Shown one piece after another: positions 1 through 7,046 of a stretch of 32,000 nucleotides of DNA; position 1 is the first letter of the stretch; each line of letters begins with the position of its first letter. Position numbers and translations under genes: made by a program. Location of the stretch: the NCBI RefSeq assembly GCF_000011125.1, contig NC_000854.2, forward strand, positions 240,001-272,000, written 5' to 3'. Origin of the DNA: Aeropyrum pernix K1 (GTDB lineage: Archaea > Thermoproteota > Thermoprotei_A > Sulfolobales > Acidilobaceae). Under the pieces are notes generated by a model. That model saw only the letters and a list, made by a program, of their open reading frames with translations, ran no database searches and was not told the DNA's origin.

Positions 1-503
1 TCGCCATTGGGGATCTCGTTGTGGAGCCTCTCTCCGGGGATACTGTTAGGGAGAACGGGCTCGACCTCAGGCTCGGCAGAGGGTTCTGCAGGTTCAAGCG
101 GTCTGATAGGGTGTTGGACCCTAGGGCTCCTGGGAGTCCCGGCGAGTTCTACGAATGCGGTGAGGGCGACGAGATTATAGTCGGGCCGGGGGAGCACATG
201 CTCCTCCACACCCAAGAGTACATCAGGCTCCCGGGCTACGTGGCAGGCCTGGTGAACCTCAGGAGCACCTGGGCGAGGACGGGCATCTACATCCCCGCCA
301 CCGTTGTGGACGCCGGGTTCGAGGGCCAGCTAACCATAGAGGTGGTGGGCTCCGGGTTCCCAGTCAAACTCTACCCCGGGGACAGGTTCCTACACCTGGT
401 CCTGGTGAAGCTGCAGAGCCCCGCCATGAACCCCTACAGGGGCAGATACCAGGGCCAGAGGGGCGTGAGGCTGCCTAAGCTCTTCGCGAAAAATACCGGC
501 TAA
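1..503 (+). CDS. dcd: dCTP deaminase / dUTPase-fold enzyme; 5' end lies outside the window
   Basis: The frame is open from base 3 (AIGDLVVEPLSGD...), so the GTG at 21 in the ORF track is probably internal. GLDLRLG and VDAGFEGQLTIEV motifs fit the trimeric dCTP deaminase family. TAA stop at 501-503. Confidence 0.8.
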   Translation, partial: AIGDLVVEPLSGDTVRENGLDLRLGRGFCRFKRSDRVLDPRAPGSPGEFYECGEGDEIIVGPGEHMLLHTQEYIRLPGYVAGLVNLRSTWARTGIYIPATVVDAGFEGQLTIEVVGSGFPVKLYPGDRFLHLVLVKLQSPAMNPYRGRYQGQRGVRLPKLFAKNTG

Positions 504-819
504 CCTCGGAGACTGCTAGGGATGCTGTAGACGCCAGTAGCGGATAGTACAGGAAGGGCAAGAGTCCGGCGAGACCAGCTATGCCGACCTGGAGCCTCAT
601 AGCATCTAGTAGTGGGGCTGAAGCTGCAGCCACAAGCACGTAGCCTATAAGCGACGAGCAGGCTGATACTAGTGGGCGGAGTCTCGTGGAGAATAGGGAC
701 ACTATAGCTGATGCCAGTGGCGGCAATACTATTGAGAGCGGCGGTGGAAGTAGTAGGGATAAGACGGCGAATGCCACTGCCCCTATAACCAGCGCCTCCA
801 AAACGCCTCTGGAGACCAC
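475..819 (-). CDS. small hydrophobic membrane protein (3-4 predicted TM segments), function unknown
   Basis: GTG start lies 6 nt after the TGA stop of the upstream acylase gene (TGA TGCAAG GTG). It contains long hydrophobic stretches (VIGAVAFAVLSLLL, LIGYVLVAAASAPLL, IAGLAGLLPFLYYPLL). I recognise no family. Confidence 0.5.
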   Translation of the reverse strand: MVSRGVLEALVIGAVAFAVLSLLLPPPLSIVLPPLASAIVSLFSTRLRPLVSACSSLIGYVLVAAASAPLLDAMRLQVGIAGLAGLLPFLYYPLLASTASLAVSEVSRYFSRRA

Positions 820-825
820 CTTGCA

Positions 826-3399
826 TCATCCCCCTCTGAAAACTATTTTGGCGCCCCCGGGCGGCTCGCCTCCAACGGTCAGTATATGGTATTCTCCGCG
901 GCAGTAGCCCCAGTAGAGGTTGTCGTAGAAGCTTGATAGCGGCACTCCGCTAGAGCCTCCGGGTAGGCTCATGTAGAGCATTGTCGTGGAGAGGTCCGCA
1001 ATAAGCCTCACGCTCGGGCCAGCCTCGACTGGCGCACCACGGGTTTCGGACACGCTGCTTGGAGGTGCTACATTAACGGTGAACGGCCCACCCGGCGCGG
1101 GACATTCTCCGAAGCCCAGAGCTTCAGACAGGAGGTGTTCAGGGTTGTAATAGTGCATCTCCCCATACACCCAGGCCTCAGGGTTGGGGGAAGCGAAGAA
1201 GGTTTCTGACGTCTTCACCGCCCTCTCCACGGACCTGTTAACCATCCCCTCTAGAGTGCCCTCCGGGAAATAGTTGAAAACCCAATCCTCGCCCCTAAGG
1301 TACGCCTTGAGAGCCTTCTCAGCATACTCCAGCTTGATAAACCTCCAGTGCTCCTCCGAGCCGTAGAGGCTCTCCCAGAAGTCGCGGGCGAAGTACCATG
1401 AAGCGAGGAGGGCAAGAGTGGGTTTGTAGTCGTCTACATTCATTTGGGGATTCTCCGCCCACTCTGCCAGCATGTCCATATACCTTTCGAGCACATGCCC
1501 GCCATCCCCCGATGCCACCCTCACCATGAGAGATACCAGGGTCTTGAGCCCCAGGTCCTCGACGTCCAGCTGTATATCCCTCATGTCACCAGCATCGAGA
1601 GGTTCCTCCGCTGATCTCTCTTGGAGAAGAGTGTAGATCCTCTCAGTTCTGAACCTGTCCGCGTAGTCCCAACCTAGCCCATCCCAGCAACCGTCTTCGA
1701 ATGGTTTGCTGTTTGCCGTAGCCACAAACCCTTGCGGAGGGTTGAAGAGGACGGGGAGGCTTGAGTAGGGCTTGAACCCCCTCCACTCCCCTTCTCCAGC
1801 GCTGCCGTCGAAGGGTAGGAATCCCGTGTTAACAATCGGGCCGTAGCCCGTTTCAATAGTGGGTAGTGTAGCTCTTTCAGGGTATGCGCCGACGGGGCTA
1901 TAGGCTATATTCCCCGCCGAGTCAGCCACTACCATGTTCTGGGGCGGCCCGTAGAAGTATCTCTGCGCGGAGAGAGCGTCTCTAACGCTGCTAGCCTTAT
2001 TGAGGAGCCAGAGGAATATCATCTCGAAGGTCGGCCTGGCTGAGGTGTAGGAGACTGCGAACTTCTCACCCTGCCATTCTATAACTGGCCCGTGTATTGT
2101 TCTAGCCACACTTATCTCCTGGACTCTATAGCTCCGCGCCAGGGGGTCCCAGACGTACGCCTCGATACTAGACTTCTCCACGCCGAATATTCTACCTTTG
2201 TAGAAGTATCTGTTTTCATCGACCCACTGGTACCTGTAGAAGTCTGTGAAGTCACTGCCAACATTAGTGAAGCCCCATGCCACATGGGAGTTCCTACCTA
2301 TAACGACGAGTGGAACCCCGGGTATCGTCACCCCGGCCAGGCTATAGCTTGGGCTAGATATAACTATGGGTAGCCATATGCCGGGCGCTGTCAGGCTGAG
2401 GTGTGGATCGTTTGCTAGGAGCGGATTGCCAGAGACTGTCAGGCTCCCCGAGACGACCCAATTGTTTGAGGCGGCGTTCCAGGACAGCATGTAGAGTACG
2501 CGGTCCACTACGGCAGCTATAATCTCGGGGTCAGGATTGTAGCCTAAGTCGAGGGGCTCGGACTCGTGAAGAGGCTCCCGCCTCTCCTCCACGCTAAGTA
2601 GGGGGTTATACGGCCCCTCTAGCCCCGTCACATCTCCCCAGTCCACAGCCATATCGCAACTAGCGTGGGGCATGTTGAGGCTCCTCCCCACAATGTCGAA
2701 GTCAGCTATGACCTCGGGCCCCCACTTACGGACTAGCCTGTCCAGAATGAGGTCGTCCTCGCTGTAGGATAGCATGAGGGCCAGAACCTTAGCCATTGCT
2801 AGGGTGTCCTGGGGTAGCCAGGGGCTGGGCTTCACGCCCAAAACCCTGTACTCCACAGGAAGCCTACCCGTCTTGAGAGCATAGCTTATGTAACCGTTCA
2901 CCCCGGCAGTGTAGGCCTCAACAATCCTCACAATCTCCCCGAACTCCGGGTTATTCTGGATGTGCCTCCATTCAGCATCAACAACGCTCCGCAGGCCTAG
3001 TATGGCCGCCCTTCTATCGGCCTCAAGGCCGGCTTCGCCCACTAGGCCTGAGAGTTCTCCGAGACCAACCCTCCGGAACACATCCATCTGGAAGAGCCTG
3101 AGGCTCGCGTGCACCCAGCCAGCAGCGTAGAACGCTGCCTCGTCACTAGACGCGTGTATATAGGGCACCCCCTCGTCGTCGAAGTAAACCTTAGCCTCCC
3201 CTGGGATATCCTCGGGGAGGCTAAGCTCCCCCGATGGCGGGTCCAGGCCCAAGCCGCCTATGATCCCGTTTTTAGGGTCGAGGAGGGATGCTGCAAGAGG
3301 GTTTACAAGGGGGACGGAGAGGAGGATTATCGTGAGGAGGGCTGATACTACTGTGGCTCCACTCCTGGCCCATTGAGTCAAGATTGAAAAGCACCTCAA
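826..3399 (-). CDS. penicillin/N-acyl-homoserine-lactone acylase family Ntn-hydrolase (peptidase S45) precursor with N-terminal signal/anchor
   Basis: Autoprocessing-site motif SNNWVVSG has the nucleophile Ser at codon 311 (nt 2467-2469), followed by LANDPHL. The N-terminal hydrophobic segment is VVSALLTIILLSVPLV. The start is TTG at 3399; TTG at 3381 is an alternative. Confidence 0.85.
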   Translation of the reverse strand: MRCFSILTQWARSGATVVSALLTIILLSVPLVNPLAASLLDPKNGIIGGLGLDPPSGELSLPEDIPGEAKVYFDDEGVPYIHASSDEAAFYAAGWVHASLRLFQMDVFRRVGLGELSGLVGEAGLEADRRAAILGLRSVVDAEWRHIQNNPEFGEIVRIVEAYTAGVNGYISYALKTGRLPVEYRVLGVKPSPWLPQDTLAMAKVLALMLSYSEDDLILDRLVRKWGPEVIADFDIVGRSLNMPHASCDMAVDWGDVTGLEGPYNPLLSVEERREPLHESEPLDLGYNPDPEIIAAVVDRVLYMLSWNAASNNWVVSGSLTVSGNPLLANDPHLSLTAPGIWLPIVISSPSYSLAGVTIPGVPLVVIGRNSHVAWGFTNVGSDFTDFYRYQWVDENRYFYKGRIFGVEKSSIEAYVWDPLARSYRVQEISVARTIHGPVIEWQGEKFAVSYTSARPTFEMIFLWLLNKASSVRDALSAQRYFYGPPQNMVVADSAGNIAYSPVGAYPERATLPTIETGYGPIVNTGFLPFDGSAGEGEWRGFKPYSSLPVLFNPPQGFVATANSKPFEDGCWDGLGWDYADRFRTERIYTLLQERSAEEPLDAGDMRDIQLDVEDLGLKTLVSLMVRVASGDGGHVLERYMDMLAEWAENPQMNVDDYKPTLALLASWYFARDFWESLYGSEEHWRFIKLEYAEKALKAYLRGEDWVFNYFPEGTLEGMVNRSVERAVKTSETFFASPNPEAWVYGEMHYYNPEHLLSEALGFGECPAPGGPFTVNVAPPSSVSETRGAPVEAGPSVRLIADLSTTMLYMSLPGGSSGVPLSSFYDNLYWGYCRGEYHILTVGGEPPGGAKIVFRGG

Positions 3400-3482
3400 C
3401 CCTGGACACTGTATTAGATAGCTACGTACAATATCACCCGGGGGCGTAGAAGGTGTTAAACGTTCAAGGGCGCCACGTATTG

Positions 3483-4481
3483 TCAGGACTCTGGCAGGAC
3501 CTCCCTTATAACCCTGGCTATATTGCCGTATGCTATAGCCTCTATCTGCCTGTCTGAGAGGCCAGCGTCGGCCAAGGCCTCTAGTAGGCGCGGCAGTCTA
3601 TCGATAGACTCTAACCCCGTGGGCGGCCTTATGTCGAGCAGGCCGTGGTAGTCTGTGCCTATTGCAAGGTGCCTGTGGCCATATACCTCCACGAACTCCG
3701 CCATCTGACTTGCAACATCGTGGAGCGTGGGGTGTCTCCCCCTTGTTATTAGGGTTGAGATTAGAGAGTAGCCTATCACCCCGCCTTTCGACACTACGGC
3801 CTCTACAGCCTCTTCACCCACGTTCCTCGGCGAGTCAACTTTCCACCTGAAGTTGGCGTGTGAAACTATAACGGGCTTGGGGGAGGCCGAGGCGGCATCA
3901 GCGACTGTCTTATCGCTGGCGTGGGCCAGGTCAATTATAACCCCCAGTTCTGCCGCCTTCTTAACCAGGTCCTCGCCGCTTTGGGTTAGGCCATAGTCCC
4001 TCCTGGTCTTGCAGCTCGCAGCCCAACGGTTGTCGTGGTTCCATGTAAGGCCTAAGCTTCTAAACCCCAGTCTGTGGAGGAGCTCGAGATCTAAGATGTC
4101 CGCTAGGGCGTCCGCCCCTTCGAGGTGTAGTAGAAGGCCCAGCCTCCAGCGAGGCGCCTCCAACACTTCCTGGGCCGAACGCCAGCTCTCGATTATCTCA
4201 ACCCCGTGGATGCTCGACAGAGCATAATACGTTTTAACCTGGTCCAGCAGCAACAGCCTTGAGGAAGAGGGGGTTGGATAGCCCTCCCCACCCTGGTAGA
4301 CATTTGACTCGGGAAACACTGCCGCGAACACGATCCTCACGTTAGCCCTAGAGTACTTGGGCAGGTCCGCCTGCCTCCCCTCCAGGTCCTCCGCATACCC
4401 TCCAAGAGGCTGGCCAGCACCCATGGAGGCGTAGTAGAAAGAGATGTCTTCGTGAAGGTCTACAACGGGGGGCGTCGCCAA
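3483..4481 (-). CDS. membrane-dipeptidase family (peptidase M19, renal-dipeptidase-like) zinc dipeptidase
   Basis: N-terminal VVDLHEDI (H-x-D metal motif), then LHLEGAD, DLAHASDKT, VIVSHANF and GTDYHG, in the order typical of M19. TTG start at 4481. Confidence 0.8.
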   Translation of the reverse strand: MATPPVVDLHEDISFYYASMGAGQPLGGYAEDLEGRQADLPKYSRANVRIVFAAVFPESNVYQGGEGYPTPSSSRLLLLDQVKTYYALSSIHGVEIIESWRSAQEVLEAPRWRLGLLLHLEGADALADILDLELLHRLGFRSLGLTWNHDNRWAASCKTRRDYGLTQSGEDLVKKAAELGVIIDLAHASDKTVADAASASPKPVIVSHANFRWKVDSPRNVGEEAVEAVVSKGGVIGYSLISTLITRGRHPTLHDVASQMAEFVEVYGHRHLAIGTDYHGLLDIRPPTGLESIDRLPRLLEALADAGLSDRQIEAIAYGNIARVIREVLPES

Positions 4482-4500
4482 GGGTCCGCCACCAAGTCCT

Positions 4501-4561
4501 CATTAAGCATATACCACTCCCTGTTATACACATATGTTCCAGAACATAGCCGATATACGGC
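4501..4561. promoter_or_regulatory. divergent promoter region between the M19 dipeptidase and the S12 hydrolase
   Basis: Minus-strand GTATATGCTTAATG (plus 4501-4515) lies about 30 nt from TTG 4481. Plus-strand GCCGATATACGGC (4549-4561) lies about 23 nt from GTG 4578. Both spacings fit near-leaderless archaeal transcripts. Confidence 0.35.
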
Positions 4562-4577
4562 TAGTGGTGGCTTCACT

Positions 4578-5948
4578 GTGCCCCCCCTTCCCCGCGAGCT
4601 CGAGTCGTTCATCCTGGAGAAGATGTCCCGCTATAGGATGCCCAGCCTTACACTATCGGCCTTTAAAGGGGGTGACGTGTTCCAAGCGTCCTACGGCTAC
4701 TCGAGCATAGAGAAGGGCTCACCTGCTAGTGTTGACACAGCGTATGGAATAGGGAGTATAACGAAGTCGTTCACAGCGCTAGCCGTACTCGCTCTGGAGG
4801 AAGAGGGGAAGCTCTCCCTGGACGACCCGGTGGGAAACCACCTGGGTATAGACCTCGAGGTGGAAGGCCAGCCTATAACTCTGGAGCACCTCTTAACCCA
4901 CACGTCGGGAGTACCGGCGACGGCCTATGCTGAGGCCCTTCTAAGGGGCTTCCTAGGTGTTGGGGGGTATTGGAAGCCCTACTCCAGGCCTTGGGACGCG
5001 GTCCTCTATCTTAAGAGGGCTATCGATAAGGGGTGGGCGGTTTCGAAGCCGGGGAGGAGGTTTTTCTACCTCAACGAGGGTTACGTTGCCCTGGGCATTG
5101 TGGTGGAGAGGTCCTCGGGCTACAGCTACGAGGAGTACATTAGGAGGCTAGTCTTCGAGAAGCTGGGGATGACGAGCTCGGGTTTCATAGGGGAGAGGCT
5201 GGAGCACGCTGCCACGCCCTACAAGCCTGGCGACAGGCTGGAGCCCGTGCCGCTCCCCGCCGGCATAACCGCTGACGGGGGTATAATGTCGACGGCGAGG
5301 GACATGCTGCGTTACGTAGAGAGTCTTGCCAGGGGCGAGTTCAGGGGTTACGCGGAGAGGATGGAGAAGCCTAGGGTTAGGGTCCCCTGGCAAGCCCTAG
5401 GGGGTGAAGCCTACGGCTATGGCCTCATAATCTACCCTGACTTCATGGGCGGCAGGCTGGCGAGCCATGGAGGCAGCCTCCTTGCCTACACGGCTTGGAT
5501 GGGCTACTCCACCAGGCTCGACTCCGGGGTTGTCCTCCTGTCGAACACCACGGGCTACCCCCTTGCAGCTATGGGGATGGCCGTGCTATCCGTCCTGTCA
5601 GGAGGCTCACACCTGGACCCCAAGCCTGTGAGGGCTCTTGAGATAGTGGAGAGGCTGGAGGGCTATTATGAGGGGTTCGACTCTAGCATCGCTTTCAACA
5701 TAAGAAGGGTTGGAACTGGGCTTCTGGTGGAGCCTGTGGGGGGCGTAGGCTCTCCAATGGCGCTGTCTCCACGTGAGATACCGGGGCCGGGTGAACTGGA
5801 GGCGGGTGAGGGTAGCGTGGTGTTCGTGTCACCCTACATGGGCGGTGTCCTCGAGGTGGAGTTCAACTGGAGTGGGGAGAGGGTTGAGGCCTTGCTTGAG
5901 AGGTACAGGTTGGTAAAGAGGGGGCCGGCTAGGATGCCTGGGGTCTAG
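4578..5948 (+). CDS. serine hydrolase of the beta-lactamase / PBP fold (peptidase S12 type) with an extra C-terminal domain
   Basis: S-x-x-K (SITK, Ser at nt 4755-4757), Y-x-N (YLN) and HGG motifs are all present. About 110 aa follow the catalytic domain. The ORF track starts at GTG 4452, but that overlaps the divergent dipeptidase start and spans an AT-rich promoter-like spacer, so I prefer in-frame GTG 4578. Confidence 0.75.
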   Translation: MPPLPRELESFILEKMSRYRMPSLTLSAFKGGDVFQASYGYSSIEKGSPASVDTAYGIGSITKSFTALAVLALEEEGKLSLDDPVGNHLGIDLEVEGQPITLEHLLTHTSGVPATAYAEALLRGFLGVGGYWKPYSRPWDAVLYLKRAIDKGWAVSKPGRRFFYLNEGYVALGIVVERSSGYSYEEYIRRLVFEKLGMTSSGFIGERLEHAATPYKPGDRLEPVPLPAGITADGGIMSTARDMLRYVESLARGEFRGYAERMEKPRVRVPWQALGGEAYGYGLIIYPDFMGGRLASHGGSLLAYTAWMGYSTRLDSGVVLLSNTTGYPLAAMGMAVLSVLSGGSHLDPKPVRALEIVERLEGYYEGFDSSIAFNIRRVGTGLLVEPVGGVGSPMALSPREIPGPGELEAGEGSVVFVSPYMGGVLEVEFNWSGERVEALLERYRLVKRGPARMPGV

Positions 5949-7045
5949 TAGCCTGTCCTACCCTTGTCCAGACGCTCCTCCAGGACGTCTAGCGGTATAG
6001 ATGCCAGGCCTGTGGCCGTGTCAGCCGCGCCGTAGCTCACGATAATCTCGCCGTCGACGAGCCACGCGCCGCATGGGAAGATTGTGTAGGGCCTGTCGCC
6101 AAACCTCTCCTCCAGAGTAGACGGCTCCATGATGTACTCTGGCGTCACCGCCTTCAGGACAAGCTCGCGCCCCTCCAGGTCAAGCTCGGCGGCCAACACC
6201 CTGTAAACCTGCTGCTCCGTGTCCACACCGTGGAGGAGCACAAGCAGGCTACCACCTTTGTAGCCGTTCACGGGGGTGGCCCATCCTATCTTCTCCTCGA
6301 AGGGGGCGGGATCCATAATCCTCCACACGGACTTAGGGGCCAGGGGGGATATAGGCCCCTCCGGCAGGCCGTCGGAGATGCCGGCGAGGAGGTGGAACCT
6401 CCCAGAGACGTCGTGGACCCTGTAGAACGCGAGGAGGATGCCGCGGTGGCTAAGGATGAAAGCGTTTTTAATGCTCGTGGCTAGCGGAGCCTCATCAGGC
6501 TCCAGTGTTATATAGGCCTCCTTAACCCACTCGCCGTTAGGGGCTCTTCTAACCGCGACAACCGGGAATGTCTGGCCCACGCTGGAGGAGTAGTATGCCA
6601 GCGTTCTCCCCGTGTACGTCAGCACATCGTGGCTGTTGACACTGGTGTAACGCGGGTCCTCAGCGCCCCAGAAGTCTATCCAATCCCCCGGCAGTACCTC
6701 CGGCCTAGCAGTATGTTTTTCCTCGCACCTGCTGCAACGGCCGGAGGAAATGTCCTCCAAGCCAATTCTTAGGCTTGCCACGAGGCTAACGTACTTGTAG
6801 TATCCCACGACAACCCTACCATAAACCTCCAGTCCCTCCCTCGCAAGCCTTAGTGTAGAGTTGAAGAAGGAGACAACTCTCCTAGTGGAGCCCCTTTCAA
6901 GCTCTACGTTCTCAGGCCTTATGTAGCCTATTCTCCTCGCAATATCCACCGTATGGCGCCGCCTATACCTCTCCGCCTCCGCACTGCCTGGAGCTTCCTT
7001 GAACCTCTCAGCAAGGCTCCTACGCATGTTAACCATATCCAGCAC
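5945..7045 (-). CDS. GH130 / DUF377-type glycosidase or glycoside phosphorylase (beta-propeller fold)
   Basis: WGAEDPR motif, a C-terminal SYGAADT motif, and overall length and pattern match the COG2152 'predicted glycosylase' family. Possible starts are GTG 7045, ATG 7036 and ATG 7027. Confidence 0.65.
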   Translation of the reverse strand: MLDMVNMRRSLAERFKEAPGSAEAERYRRRHTVDIARRIGYIRPENVELERGSTRRVVSFFNSTLRLAREGLEVYGRVVVGYYKYVSLVASLRIGLEDISSGRCSRCEEKHTARPEVLPGDWIDFWGAEDPRYTSVNSHDVLTYTGRTLAYYSSSVGQTFPVVAVRRAPNGEWVKEAYITLEPDEAPLATSIKNAFILSHRGILLAFYRVHDVSGRFHLLAGISDGLPEGPISPLAPKSVWRIMDPAPFEEKIGWATPVNGYKGGSLLVLLHGVDTEQQVYRVLAAELDLEGRELVLKAVTPEYIMEPSTLEERFGDRPYTIFPCGAWLVDGEIIVSYGAADTATGLASIPLDVLEERLDKGRTGY

Positions 7046-7046
7046 C

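Noticed and set aside
500-907. ORFs 500-829 (minus) and 686-907 (plus)
   Set aside because: They overlap the more plausible membrane-protein frame (475-819) and the acylase 3' end. Their Gly/Arg/Ser/Thr/Pro-rich compositions are not protein-like.
4452-4577. Upstream GTG 4452 extension of the S12 hydrolase
   Set aside because: It would overlap the divergent dipeptidase start by 30 nt and translate the AT-rich promoter spacer into a non-conserved 42-aa leader. In-frame GTG 4578 sits at leaderless distance from a TATA-like box.
5945-5948. Convergent S12 hydrolase and GH130-like genes share a palindromic CTAG as their overlapping stop codons
   Set aside because: The overlap is real, but it is a trivial consequence of TAG stops on both strands. 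I see no functional implication.
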